The notes beneath the pieces were generated by a model, which was not told where the DNA came from, did not search any database, and saw only the letters and a list, made by a program, of their open reading frames with translations. A program made the translations under genes and the position numbers. Below, piece by piece: positions 25,992-37,572 of a DNA stretch of 64,000 bases. The stretch comes from Phyllosticta citribraziliensis (taxonomy: Eukaryota), in contig NW_027117338.1 in assembly GCF_038025025.1 (NCBI RefSeq), positions 1,736,001 through 1,800,000 on the forward strand. The letters run 5' to 3'. Every line of letters begins with the position of its first letter. The first letter of the stretch is position 1.

Positions 25992-26813
25992 ATGTCTGGC
26001 ATCGGCGTCTTCTTCCTCGTCGTCATCCTCCTCATCGGCGCCACCTTTGCCGGCTACACCGTGTGGGTGCGCCTACGAGCCAAGCGCCTGGGACTGCCCC
26101 CTCCGTCACTCAACCCGTTTGCGCGCGACTCGTCGCGCTCCAGCGTCGCCGCTTCGGCGCTGCCGGCTCCCGCCCCCGGTGGCATCGTCGGCTGGGTCAA
26201 CGACAAGATGGCGGCGCTCAAGAACCGCCGCAACAGACGCGGCGACCCCGCCCGCGAGCGGTACGCTGCTGGAGCCTACGAGGAGGCCGGCGTAGTAGGC
26301 GGCGGCGCTGGAGCCCCAGCACCCGGAGCTGGCAGCGGTGGATTCGGCGGAGGAAGCACGGCGCGAGGCGGGGCGCGAGGCCTCGATCCGGACGAGGCGT
26401 GGGATACCCGCGTCGGCAACGAGGCCTACTACGAGGAGCAAGAGTTGGGACTGCACGAGCCGACGGCGTACAGCGGCGCGGGCTACACCATGGCGGGAGG
26501 GTACGGCGGCAATGCGTACGCGGCGCAGAGCCGGGTCGACCTGGGCGACAGCGGGTACGGAGGAGGAGCCGTCGAACGGGGCCGCAGCAGGTCGAGGGAG
26601 CTCGACGACCGGTACGGAGGAGAGGAGCTGGGCCGGACGACGACGGCGGGCAGCGACCCGTTTGGCGACACGGCCGAGAGGAGCGACATGGGCTTGCGGG
26701 GCGTCAGTCCGCGACCGATTGATACGAGCGTGGGTGGCAGGAATCAACCACAGCAGGCTTCGGGCGACAGTGCGGCTAGTGAGCGTAGGAGCATGTTCCG
26801 AGAAGACGTCTAA
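25992..26813 (+). CDS. Single-pass membrane hypothetical protein with Gly-rich cytoplasmic tail (273 aa)
   Basis: CCACCATG start; N-terminal TM followed by RLRAKR; LNPF, LDPDEAWD, YYEEQELGL, DPFGD motifs; strong GC3 bias. Confidence 0.85.
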   Translation: MSGIGVFFLVVILLIGATFAGYTVWVRLRAKRLGLPPPSLNPFARDSSRSSVAASALPAPAPGGIVGWVNDKMAALKNRRNRRGDPARERYAAGAYEEAGVVGGGAGAPAPGAGSGGFGGGSTARGGARGLDPDEAWDTRVGNEAYYEEQELGLHEPTAYSGAGYTMAGGYGGNAYAAQSRVDLGDSGYGGGAVERGRSRSRELDDRYGGEELGRTTTAGSDPFGDTAERSDMGLRGVSPRPIDTSVGGRNQPQQASGDSAASERRSMFREDV

Positions 26814-27241
26814 GATGGGAAGAGTAGGTGTTTGGCAAGCGAGCAAGTCGGGATTCGATCGAACGAGCAGAGTAAAGTAGTGAGTGTTAGGGCAGTCATG
26901 GAGCCGGTTTTTTCCCTTTCAAAGTCAGCCAAAGGCATGGAGTCTGTCGGCAACGGTGGGGCAGGGTGGTGAGAAGTGCTGTTCTATTTCCTGGTATAGC
27001 AGCGGCGGCAGCAGCAGCTAGCAAAATAACTGTTCATGGTTTGTATCTCCTTTGGGAGCTTATCATATAGAACTCGGCGGTGGTCCTCGTTGATGTATCA
27101 CTCACCGCCACAAAACTCGAATGCGGATTGGGGCTTTTGTCTCGCAATTCTTTGGTGCCTGTCTATACCAGTGCTCCTCTACTCATATACCTCTCCCTCC
27201 GAGTCAGCACCCTGTCGCGAGTGTGTAGTGCTCAATGATTC

Positions 27242-29361
27242 TCAGTCACTCCCCTCCCCCTCTCCTAGCGCATCCAGAAATCCGAATCTATTCCCCGCCG
27301 TGTGTTGATTCACGGGAAGGACGCGCTTCTGCGAGGCCGACGGCTCCGCAACCTCACTCCCCCTTTGCCTCTTTCGGCTCTCCTTTTTCTTCTTTTTCTT
27401 CCCACCCCGACCCCTAGCTGTCTGATCCTCGTCGTCTTCCTCGGCCAAATTGGGCAGCTGGCTGATGGCTATGGCCAACTCATCCTCACTGACAATTGAA
27501 GAACCGAGGGAACTCAGGCTCTCCGTCTCCAGCGCGTCGAACATAAAAGACACAGGCGGTATATTGTTCGTGTGTACGGCAACCTCGCTGACGACATCTT
27601 GAGTCATCACACCCAAAGCTGGCTTAGCCTGTTCATGCGCCTCAACCGCTGAGAGGTAGAGGTTGAAGATCTGGCGGACCATGCGGAGAGAGTAAAGCAC
27701 GCCATGCCATTGCGCGGCGCGATGGGTAGCATCCCAGGATACCACATCTTCTCTGCCGTTTCTGCCATCACTGCGCAACGGGCCGCGCAGAAGACGGAGG
27801 ACCTCAGAGCGCGTGGGTAGCTGCTGCTGCTCGCCGGCAGCTACCAGCTCGTTACAGAGATACTCGACAGCGAACAGCTTCCAGAAAAGCGTAGGATTGT
27901 CGGAAAACGCGCCGCCTGTGCTCATGCTTTCCCTTAGAGTCGACATGGATGACTGCCAGGCGTTTTCACCCTGCGCCAGCTCGTCAGGAGTAGCGTTGGC
28001 AAGGTCCACTTCGTCTCCGACGACGCGCGCCCCACGCCGCGTGAATTCGACAATTTGCGACGACGGCGGGAGGAAGCGGGCGAGAAGTCCGTAGCAAAGC
28101 TGGCGCAATGGCGCCGAGATGCGCCAGGCGGATGCGCGGGCGGGGTCTTCGATGAGAAAGGGGAGGTAGATGTGGCAACTCTTAGGACCAGGGTTCGCAG
28201 GGGGTGAAGCAGCAGTGAAGGGGTACCCGATTTGGTGAATGAGTTCGGAGACGCGGGGATCCAGTTTGAGGAGATGGCTTGCCAATTCGGCATGTGCGTC
28301 TTGAGATGCACCAGCTTCCAGAGCAGATGGTTCAAGTTGTTCAAGTGCTCCTTGCTCCACCTTGTAGGATGCAGGCAGCGGCTCAAACTCTTTCAGGAAC
28401 GCTCTATACGCTTCGTCATTTTCATCCAGCTTTTTGGCAACCCGGACACACTGCTGTAGCGAGCGATGGGGATCTTGCTGAAGCGCAAATCCAAATGGCT
28501 GCAATGAACGCAGATCCAGCGTCTTTGAAATCTTGGATGGACAGTATGCGAAGCCTTTGAGCAACGAGCGGCCGGGCAATGTCGAGACGCTGATATCAGG
28601 GAAGCGCAAAACGGAGCCAGTTGCGCCAAGGTCGTGTATCAACAGGTCAGAATCATTGGACACGAGCCAACAGTCTGTGGACTTGGACAGAGAGCCGACG
28701 AGGTCCGCGCAGAAGACGTCTGCTTCGGCCGGGACCACCGAGACATATTTGCTGAAGCGACTTCCATTGAGATGGTCAATGACAGCCGGCACCAAGAACG
28801 GGCTTGCGGGAAGTCCTCGCAGTCGTTCGGGAGTAGAGCGATACTGTCCAAAATCGACTGGCCGAGCGGTGACCCTGCTCACTGGCAGGCCGTCCGGATT
28901 CGACGCTCGAAACCTGGCGAGCTGGTTTGTGTAAGACTGCAGGCGGCTGATGCGCGTCTCGCGTTTCGCCTCAGGTAGCAACCCATCGAAGAAGATTGCT
29001 GCTCTTTCAACTCAGTCAATCAGGTTCCGATGATCGCTTCAAGATTGCCACTCGCCGTCCTGCTCGCAGATACTCACAGGGCCAATCCGTGCCTCTCCAG
29101 CACCGTCAGAAAATCTTCCGCAACGGCCCCGACTTCCCCGTACGAAGGCATCGCTTCGAGCGCATTTCGCCCGTGAGATCGTGCCGCGAACGCTCGCTCG
29201 TAAGCATAGTACGCAAGGCCTGGACCGTCTATCACGACCTGGCCTTTTCTGTCCTGGGGCAGGTCGAACGCGTCCCCGGGTGCTGCAGCCGCTGGGGCCG
29301 TCCCAAGCTCGACGCCCGAGCCATGATCCTGCAGCGTGAGCAGGAGGCGGGGAATTCCCAT
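27242..29361 (-). CDS. Asteroid/XPG (PIN-like) domain protein; exons 29361-29078, ~29003-27242
   Basis: MGIPRL start, VIDGPGLAY, IFFDGLLP, EADVFCA, SNDSDLLIHDLG, DPRVSELI, LPFLIEDPARASAW; intron GTGAGT at 29077. Confidence 0.85.
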
Positions 29362-30820
29362 GTCGAGGGTTTGGTGTTGAGAATGAAACTGGACGCTGCA
29401 GTTGGCGTTGAGTGCATCGGTCGGCAAAACTGTGTGGCGCTAGGCCAAACTAGGAAGTTGATGGCACAAATGGTGCAGTTACGCATTCCAACTGCAGGAG
29501 ATATTTTCTGCTCCTATTCTGAATGCGCGGACATCTTGAAATCAGATTGAAACAAACGTGCCAGCTAGAGGTTCACAATCGCTGAAATGGTCTTGGAGAT
29601 GATGACGGCATTTTCCAAGGCGGCTGAGAACCTGCTGGCCCTGTTTTGCTCCTCTCGTCCGCGCCCTTCCGTCGTCGAGGCATTGAATAAAATTCGATCA
29701 AGAGAGCAGCTTTAGTCCACAAAGTCCGCTCTTTTCCAATTGGACGGGCAGATTGTCAAGATGACGTAATGTCAAAATTGGCATGATATACGCGTAAGAT
29801 GCTAGCCACTCTGCCAGCCGCTGTCACCAAGTCCAGTAGGTTTCAAACACAACACCAAGATCTTTCATTTGCAAACAAGCTCGTCAGCAGTCCAAAAGCG
29901 CCTGAGCCGCAGCTCATTCTACCTTCTGCAAAACCATGCGATTACGTGATGAGGCCTATTGGTGACGCACTAGTCCAACCAAACGCGTAGCAGTCGCGCC
30001 TGTTTGCCAGAAGAGGGCGAGGGGTCGAAAAAGAACCGAGACAGGTACTGCTTCAAATGGACACGCGGCCGCGCAGCCTAGCGCGTCAGAGTTCAGCGCG
30101 TCTTCTCGACTCTGGAGACTCGCGGCCTTCACACCAGGTAGCGCACAAGGTAGTCGTGGAACGCTGCAGCGTACGACGGCTGCTCGAGGCGAGACGAAAA
30201 AAATGTTCTTTTGCAGTTCATACTGCTGGCAACGGACTGGGCTATTTCTGCGATGTTGGTGATATTTTCAGCAGTCTCGACAGCATCAGGGGAAACAAAA
30301 CAGAGAGTGAAGTGGTCTCTGCAATTGCAAACTTATGCACCGGTCGCCTCATTACGTTTCTCAGGTTTGCGCCTCTCCCTTGGAATCTCACTGCTCGAAG
30401 GCTTCGAATCGTGGCTCAGCCTCGCCGAGAAACGCTCATGAGATGCCGTCGCCTTACACAACCCGTCAGCGGGCATGCAATCCATGTGTGGCCTCTCCCT
30501 GAATTGCATTTCTAGCGTCTTACCCACCACGGCAAGACTGTCATTCATATAAGCCATCTCCGCCTCTTTCATACAAGTTTGGTCAGAGGCTGCTTTCGTT
30601 TGTTTCGCCAATTCTTGAAGAGCTCTTCTCGCGACTTCCAGGCTGACTCTAGGCACCAGCACCTGAGGCACACACAAGTACTGGCCCAGAGGATCATCAG
30701 CTCTTGTACCTTAATCAAACGCCCCCCGTCAGTCTTACGTTGGTCATTGTTTTCATCTTGGTACTGATTGCAGTGTCGATCAAAGAAAAGGGGTCAAGTG
30801 AGGCTGAACTTCTGAGAGGT

Positions 30821-30826
30821 TATAAA
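30821..30826 (+). promoter_or_regulatory. Probable TATA box of the secreted repeat-protein gene
   Basis: TATAAA about 175 nt upstream of ATG 30999, followed by a pyrimidine-rich leader. Confidence 0.45.
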
Positions 30827-30998
30827 GCCTTTTTGATCAGTGTTTCTGAAAGCCATACTCTTGGCTATCACCCTTCTTTTCACATCATTCCAGTCCAGGA
30901 CTTCCATCTCTTTAATATCTGTCACGAGTAGCGATCGCTTTCGCTTACCTTTCGTTCCTTTCCGACGTTAACTCCCGATCGCTTTCTTGAGATCCGAA

Positions 30999-32747
30999 AT
31001 GAGGTTCTCTCACACTCTGATCGTTTTGGCTTCCGCGGCTCTGGTAGCCGCACATCCTGCTGTAAACTCCAAAGATGCAGACTGTAAGTATTCCATCACT
31101 GTTTCCCTAATTTGGGTCTTGTCAAGTAACAATTCAATAGTGGTCATTCGATCAGCCGCTGTCTCGGACGATTTGACGTCAGCTGGCAAGTCGGAGCGCA
31201 GTCATCACATCTCTCAGGACAGGAAGCTTTACAGCAAGAAAGCGCTCGAAGATGACGATGACGATGATGACGACGAGGACGGAGACGACGGTGCAGCCAC
31301 CAACGCTGGAGGCAATGCTGCCCAAGGAACTCAACCCGGCGATGCAGGGCAAACCATAGGCTCTGGACAAGGAGCGCAGAATGGGACTGGACTGCAAGGC
31401 ACCAACAACGGAGATCAGGGACAGGATGGCACCGCCAGCGAGGGCCGCAGAGGCGGTAACGGCCGCAAGGGTGCTGGTCAGAACGGAAATGGACAGCAGG
31501 GAGCTGGTGTTCAAGGTGGAGATGCTGGCCAAGCCGGAGAGGGGGAGACTGGAATAGACCAAAATGGACAAGGCCAGACAGGACAAGGCCAAGATGGCGA
31601 CACGGGAAACGGGATCCAGGCCGGAGCGGGGGGAATCGGACAGGGAACGACCGGAGAAGGTCAGACTGGCCAAGGACAAGACGGTAATGCTGGACAGGCC
31701 GGTATTTCAGGACAAGATGGCACCGCTGGTAATGGAAATGGACGTCAAGGGGGACGAGGTGGACAAGGACAATCTGGCCAGGGGCAAGACGGTAATGCTG
31801 GACAAACGGCCGGTAACGCTGGAAACGGACGCCAGAATGGCAACGGCCGTCAAGGAGGAAATGGCGGTGCTGGTCAACAAGGCAAACCTCGTCCGAATGG
31901 TCAGCAAGGCCAGCAAGGCCAGCGCGGTCAAGGCGCGGGAGCTGGTGCTGCCGGAGAGCAGAATGGACAGCAGGGCCAACAAGATGGCCAACTCGGTCAA
32001 GGCGCCGGCGCTGGTGCCGCTGGAGAGCAGAATGGACAGCAGGGTCAACAAGGTGGTCAACTAGGTCAAGGCGCCGGGGCTGATTCTGCTGGAGAGCAAA
32101 ATGGTCAACAGGGCCAACAAGATGGTCAACTTGGTCAAGGCGCTGGAGCTGATGCTGTTGGGGAGCAGAATGGACAGCAAGATCAACAGGCAGGCCAACG
32201 CGGCCGAGGCACTCAGGCGGGTGCTGCCGGGCAGCAGAATGGACAGCAAGGCCAGCGAGCAGGCCAACGCGGTCCAGGCGCTGAGGCTGGTGCCGCCGGA
32301 CAGCAGAATGGACAACAGGGCCAACGAGCAGGCCAACGCGGCCAAGGCGCTGAAGCAGGTGAAGCTGGAAATCAAAATGGACAACAAGGCCAGCAGGCAG
32401 GCCAACGCGGTCGAGGAACTCAGGCCGGTGCCGCTGGACAGCAGAACGGCAACCGAGGCCGAAAGGGCGGCGAAAACGCAGCCGGCGCCAACGCTCAAGA
32501 TGGACAGGACGCAAACCGAGGCCAGAACGGCAAAGGAGCTGGCAATGACGGCGTCAATGCCGCTGGAGTGCAGGGCCAAGGGGTGAGAGGTCAAAACAAT
32601 AGTACCGCAGCAGCGGGCCTCAACAGCACTGCGCTCGCGCGTTCGAACAACACGGCGGCGGCAGCAGCCAGGAACCAGGGGCGCGAACCAAAGGCCGATA
32701 GGGTTCGTCGGAGCTTCAATCTTTGGGAGGTTGCGGCCGAGACCTGA
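30999..32747 (+). CDS. Secreted Gly/Gln/Asn/Ala-rich repeat protein; probable intron 31084-31140
   Basis: Signal peptide MRFSHTLIVLASAALVAA-HP; GTAAGT..TAG 57-nt intron; poly-Asp tract; about 450 aa of low-complexity G/Q sequence. Confidence 0.85.
   Translation: MRFSHTLIVLASAALVAAHPAVNSKDADCKYSITVSLIWVLSSNNSIVVIRSAAVSDDLTSAGKSERSHHISQDRKLYSKKALEDDDDDDDDEDGDDGAATNAGGNAAQGTQPGDAGQTIGSGQGAQNGTGLQGTNNGDQGQDGTASEGRRGGNGRKGAGQNGNGQQGAGVQGGDAGQAGEGETGIDQNGQGQTGQGQDGDTGNGIQAGAGGIGQGTTGEGQTGQGQDGNAGQAGISGQDGTAGNGNGRQGGRGGQGQSGQGQDGNAGQTAGNAGNGRQNGNGRQGGNGGAGQQGKPRPNGQQGQQGQRGQGAGAGAAGEQNGQQGQQDGQLGQGAGAGAAGEQNGQQGQQGGQLGQGAGADSAGEQNGQQGQQDGQLGQGAGADAVGEQNGQQDQQAGQRGRGTQAGAAGQQNGQQGQRAGQRGPGAEAGAAGQQNGQQGQRAGQRGQGAEAGEAGNQNGQQGQQAGQRGRGTQAGAAGQQNGNRGRKGGENAAGANAQDGQDANRGQNGKGAGNDGVNAAGVQGQGVRGQNNSTAAAGLNSTALARSNNTAAAAARNQGREPKADRVRRSFNLWEVAAET
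31947..32450 (+). repeat. Coding tandem repeat, 69-bp (23-aa) unit, 7 full copies plus a partial copy
   Basis: Units such as AAGEQNGQQGQQDGQLGQGAGAG and AAGQQNGQQGQRAGQRGPGAEAG; the start at 31947 recurs at 32430 (7 x 69). Confidence 0.9.
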
Positions 32748-33448
32748 AGTTCTCGTACGGCACGCAATCGGGCTCTGGTTTGGTGAATGTGGCCTTCCCG
32801 GTGGGCAAGTTTGGAGCGGGCTCTCCTTTGGTTGCAGGATAATGTTGATTTGATTTTGATTTTGCGGCGAGGAGGCAACTTAGGAACCATCGTTCTTCTC
32901 AATCCCCCTCGTTGATACACAGATATTGCTGGCTTTGACCGCGTAGAAATAGGTGGTGTAATGGACAGTTCGCTTGGCCTCCAGATTCGTCGACTCGGCC
33001 ACTTGAATGCATAGCTCATATGATACGTGCATGGTACCATGTCATCGTTATAGAGGGATAGTCAACATTGCTTGGACCGATAATCTGTGAGACCAAAGGT
33101 TCATGCGGCGCCTGCAGTGGATCGAAATGGGGAAAGCTTGCTTATGCTGAGGACAAGCTCGAACGTAGAGGCGTATTTATGCGCAGGTTCGGCGGTTGAT
33201 ATGGCGTCTGATTCCTCGAAGCCGAAGCAAGGAGTGACAAGTCGGTAAGACACGGCTTGTGCTTAATTTTTGGCGTTCCGCAAGAGAATGGTCGGGTGGT
33301 TGAAGAGGTGAGGTTCACTTCGAGGTGTTGGCCAAGGCACCTAGTGCCCGCCGCGTCGGATCGGCATCCGAGTCATGTTCCCAGACGACCGCCAGGATCG
33401 TCTCCAACGTCACTTCGACTCGTCTCTAAGACACTTGCGCTCGACACC

Positions 33449-34349
33449 ATGTCTGACGAGATGAAGGTGAATCCGGTGCGGGCGAAGGAGCTCCTTGAGA
33501 ATATTACTCATGTCACAGAGCGCATACGAGCAGTCAACAAGACGGGCAAGAATGTAAGAAGCTGCCTCTCCAACGAACCTGCGTCACCAACTCAGGAAGA
33601 AGCGCAAGCAGCAACGACTGACTGACTGACATGTCTAGGTGCGCCTGATTGCCGTTTCGAAGCTGAAGCCCGCGACCGACATTCTTGCCCTCCACACTGC
33701 TACACCTCCCGTCGTGCATTTTGGCGAAAACTACTACCAAGAGTTGCAAGAAAAGGCACAATTACTGCCCCGCTCGATCAAGTGGCACTTTATCGGCGCA
33801 CTCCAAACGAACAAGTGCAAGCCGCTTGCCGAACAAATACCAAACCTCTGGAGCGTGTCAAGTGTTGACAGCACAAAAAAGGCAGACAACTTGGAGAAGG
33901 GACGCAAGGCGCTGGTAGAAAAGGATGGCGCAGAAAGCATTCAAGAGAAGCTGAGGCTCATGGTGCAAGTTAACACGAGCGGTGAAGAGAACAAAAGTGG
34001 TGTGGAGCCCGGCGACGCCGCAGCGCTGTGCAAGCATGTCTTGGAAAATTGCCCGCACCTGAAGCTGGCCGGACTCATGACGATTGGCGCAATCGCTCGG
34101 TCACAAGCCACAACGCCGGAGACGGAGAATGAAGACTTTGTTTGTTTGCGAGAGACGAGGGACAGGGTCGCCCAGGAGCTGGGTATCGCTAAAGAGCAAC
34201 TGGAGTTGAGTATGGGCATGAGCTCGGACTTCGAGGGTGCAATCACGATGGGTAGTGACGAGGTTAGAGTGGGTACGACGATATTTGGGCAGAGACCCCC
34301 TAAGAAGGATGCAAAAGTCAAGGAAGACACGGAAGAAGTCAAGAAGTAG
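33449..34349 (+). CDS. Pyridoxal phosphate homeostasis protein (YggS/PLPBP/PROSC); exons 33449-33553, 33639-34349
   Basis: VRLIAVSKLKP, HFGENYYQEL, WHFIGALQTNK, QVNTSGEENKSG, GLMTIG, LSMGMSSDF, VRVGTTIFG. Confidence 0.95.
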
Positions 34350-34562
34350 GAGAGAGGATATCATCAATGAAGCATAAGCCGGCGCAAGCCAGCCAAGTCG
34401 AAAGAGAAAGGCCTACTCACTAGGTCAGCTACTTGTGCTTGGTTGCGTTGCGCAAGAAATCATCTGACCTTGGTGGATGTCAACTGGGTCGTCCCCGATC
34501 ACCCTCCAAGCCGTACCAGGTAGTGTGGGCGCATCGCGTCATTTGCTCTGGCAGAGCTTGGG

Positions 34563-34763
34563 CTAACCTCCTTGCTCCATCCTGCTCATCATCTCAACCC
34601 TCTGGCGTAGCATTTCGTTTTCGCGTTCCACGCGAGCATTTCCCATCTTCGACAAGATTTTTGCTTGGTCTTTGATCACGTGTCTGAGGCAGCACGCGTA
34701 GCAAAGGCCGGCGATGCCGAAGAGGACGGTCAAGAGCGTAATTATCATGGCGAATGGATCCAT
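34563..34763 (-). CDS. Candidate small single-TM protein (66 aa)
   Basis: CACGATGG start; MDPFAMIITLLTVLFGIAGLCYACCLR followed by a charged helix ERENEMLRQRVEMM; no recognised family. Confidence 0.4.
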   Translation of the reverse strand: MDPFAMIITLLTVLFGIAGLCYACCLRHVIKDQAKILSKMGNARVERENEMLRQRVEMMSRMEQGG

Positions 34764-35381
34764 CGTGAGGAAGGCGTGTGGAACTGGAAGGATCTCAATA
34801 TCAGCTTGGAGCTGGCGCACTCTTGAGAGCATCCATGAGACTTCACTGACATAGTGAACAAGGCTTGTTTTGGTAACTTTCGCCAAAAGCTTTGAGGTGA
34901 ATGTTGTAGAGTGCAGGGAAAGCCGTGGGAGATGTGATGGTGATCCAGTAAGAGAATTGTCCAGCGGTGCAGTCAAAGTCTGGGGGCACATGAGCACACG
35001 GCGCGGTTTCCAGGCCATACCTGTAAAATTTCCACCATCACGTTGTTCTAGCAGTGTTAAATTATCTCCTGGCCACATCGACACTGCCCAATATCAAATA
35101 CGCTTTCCGAGCTGGACTTGACTCTAGAAGAATCCAACTACAAAGCCCAAAACTGTCTTGAACCTTGCAACAATGAGAATATGCTTGCTCAAACCATGGC
35201 TTCGACAAAGTTGAAGAAACTTGCGATACAATTCGCCTTATTTCCTTGCAGGCAAACCAAAGTGCTCGTGGAAACATCGAGACAAGGCCATTGATACTGT
35301 TATATTAGCAGGCGAAATGGGCTGGAAAACACTCCTCTCCATAGACAACAAGCCTTCATCAAACCCGGTCTTTCCCGCTTG

Positions 35382-36156
35382 ATGGCCTCCTTCGACCCTC
35401 GTGCGCGCTGCGCTCTGCGCAGCGAGGAACCAGTACTTTTCACGAACCTGAGGGAGTTTCGAGAGATCGTCCGCAGAATCTTGGAGTTGAACGCACACGG
35501 CGAGCGCACACTATTGGTGGCCAAAAAAGCGCTCGACCTACTCGTTGAACTCGACCCCAACACGGTTGCGTTCTCCGCAGCGCTCGAGCCCTTCCGCCAT
35601 TTGCTACGTCGCATGGAACAGGAGTTGCCGTCGCCCGGTGCCACGAAGCTGACCATGATGGAGCTGTATGCCGAGTTTGCGACGAAGCACCAAAGCAACA
35701 TGGCCAAGGTGGAGTTGGAGCCGGTGGCGAAAGAGCACGACTTAGACGTTACTCGGGAGACGGAAGCCAGCATAAAGAGCCAGGAGGAGTGGTTTGAGGC
35801 TATGGAGGGTGATCAAAGATGCGAGAAAGAGATTCAAACTTTGGTGCGCTCGCGGAGCTCCAGTGATATTACGACGACGGACAGTTCCCAGGTAAAGTGA
35901 GCTATGAAATGTTGTGGGTGGTTACACTAAGAAGCTAACCTTGCTGGGCAGTGGTCAATCCAAGCCAATGGATAAAGTAAAGATCAAGTTCAATGTGAGG
36001 ACGGAGCCGTTGAGTACCCTCGAGGTGCGGGAGAAGGGCATCGTTCGGGCAAGGCTTGTGGAGAGACGGCAAAAAGCTGTGCGAGGGGTTGAGATTGAAG
36101 ATGATTGGATTCGCATTTTGGTCAAGTGGACCGAGAAACAAGAAGAAGCAGAGTAG
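35382..36156 (+). CDS. Hypothetical helical protein; exons 35382-35896, 35952-36156
   Basis: Two protein-like ORFs joined in frame by intron GTGAGC(35897)..GCTAAC..CAG(35951). Confidence 0.6.
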
Positions 36157-36195
36157 ACACATTTTGAAGAGAGCAGCAATCTTCAATTTTACTAC

Positions 36196-37284
36196 TCACG
36201 ATTCCCAACTTGTCCGACGACCCTGTTCTCTCCGGCGTTCCTTCTCGACTTTGATGGCTTGATTCATGCTGGGCGCTTGCCCCTTCAACGCCGCCTTGTG
36301 ATCTTGCAAACCGGCGTTTGCGACTTGGTCCAGGATAAAGTTACCCAGTTGCCCGTTGCGCCATCGTTGGATCATCCACAGCGCCGTGGCTTCCGAATCT
36401 GGTATGCCGCCGGGTTTCAATCTTCCTGTCCGTTTTGCCACTGCTTCCAAAAGAATGCTTATGTCATTGGTTGGCTCGTTATAGTGGGCGTACAGCGACG
36501 GATCGTTGAGGTTGATGTGGTAGAGCAGATAATCTGCCAGTAACTGTGGTTGAATGATGGTGTCTTTGACACATCCACAGAGTGCAAGTTTGAGCATGGC
36601 CTCGGAGTCAGGGACGTAGGGAATGAAGACTCCCGGTGTGTCGACCAAGTATAGACCGCCCCTCTCGTCGTCACCATCTGCTATTTTGACCGACGACGCC
36701 ACTTTTCTCGTGATGCCCGGCTGTGCTCCTGTCTGGGCGGCCTTGGCCTTCCTGACGCCTTCCCAACGCAGATTGTTCAACAGTGTAGACTTGCCCACGT
36801 TGGGCATGCCAACTACCATCACGCGCGTGCCTACGGGAGAGCCGTTCTCGAAAGCATAGTCTTTGGCGAATTTCAGGACGTCTTTGACGCTCTTTGAGTT
36901 TTTGTCAGTGAATTTGACCGGTGTCGGCGCAAGCCAGTCGCGGATGATTCGCTGGTCCTTGAAATCGGCCTGTATCCAAGTTAGCGTTCTGAAGGTACAG
37001 GTAGGATTTGTCTGAAATACCGCGCGGCCGTATTTGTCCTGGGACCTGCCCAGATCGGCTTTTGTGTAGATGACCATGCGCTCGCGACCAGCCAGCGTCT
37101 CCTCGATCAGCGGGTTGTAGGAAGTAAGTGGAACGCGGTAGTCTCGACATTCTACAATCAGGTCAATGCCGGAGAGCATCGACTTCATTTTGCTCAAGCC
37201 GGACTTGTGGTGGCCGAGGAAGTAGGATCGCGGGAGCGAGTCGAGCGTCGGGAAGACGGCCCGCGGGAGAAATTGTGAGGCCAT
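36196..37284 (-). CDS. MTG1: Mitochondrial ribosome-associated GTPase 1 (circularly permuted, RbgA/YlqF family); probable intron 37020-36970
   Basis: SYFLGHH, ECRDYRVPLTS, TKADL (G4), VGMPNVGKSTLLN (G1), PGITR (G2), DTPG (G3). Confidence 0.92.
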   Translation of the reverse strand: MASQFLPRAVFPTLDSLPRSYFLGHHKSGLSKMKSMLSGIDLIVECRDYRVPLTSYNPLIEETLAGRERMVIYTKADLGRSQDKYGRAVFQTNPTCTFRTLTWIQADFKDQRIIRDWLAPTPVKFTDKNSKSVKDVLKFAKDYAFENGSPVGTRVMVVGMPNVGKSTLLNNLRWEGVRKAKAAQTGAQPGITRKVASSVKIADGDDERGGLYLVDTPGVFIPYVPDSEAMLKLALCGCVKDTIIQPQLLADYLLYHINLNDPSLYAHYNEPTNDISILLEAVAKRTGRLKPGGIPDSEATALWMIQRWRNGQLGNFILDQVANAGLQDHKAALKGQAPSMNQAIKVEKERRREQGRRTSWES

Positions 37285-37572
37285 GGCTTGTCACGAATTG
37301 TTGGCATGGTGGGCTTTCAGAAAGACGATCTTGCGATGATGTTTTGGCGAGAGAGAGACGCGCACCGGGGCACGCCCGGGCATCTCTGGCGGCCGAATCC
37401 TAGCGACCCGCCGGGAATGTGCCGGGGAAACACTGCCGTCATAGGTCACAGCGGGGCACCCACATCTCTCCACGCTAACGACTCGACATGATCTTGACCG
37501 CGCTTGTATAAGTACCCGCAGCTGTCCCCTTGTCCACCATGGACCGCGACCCATCCTCTTCGTCGCTCTAGA

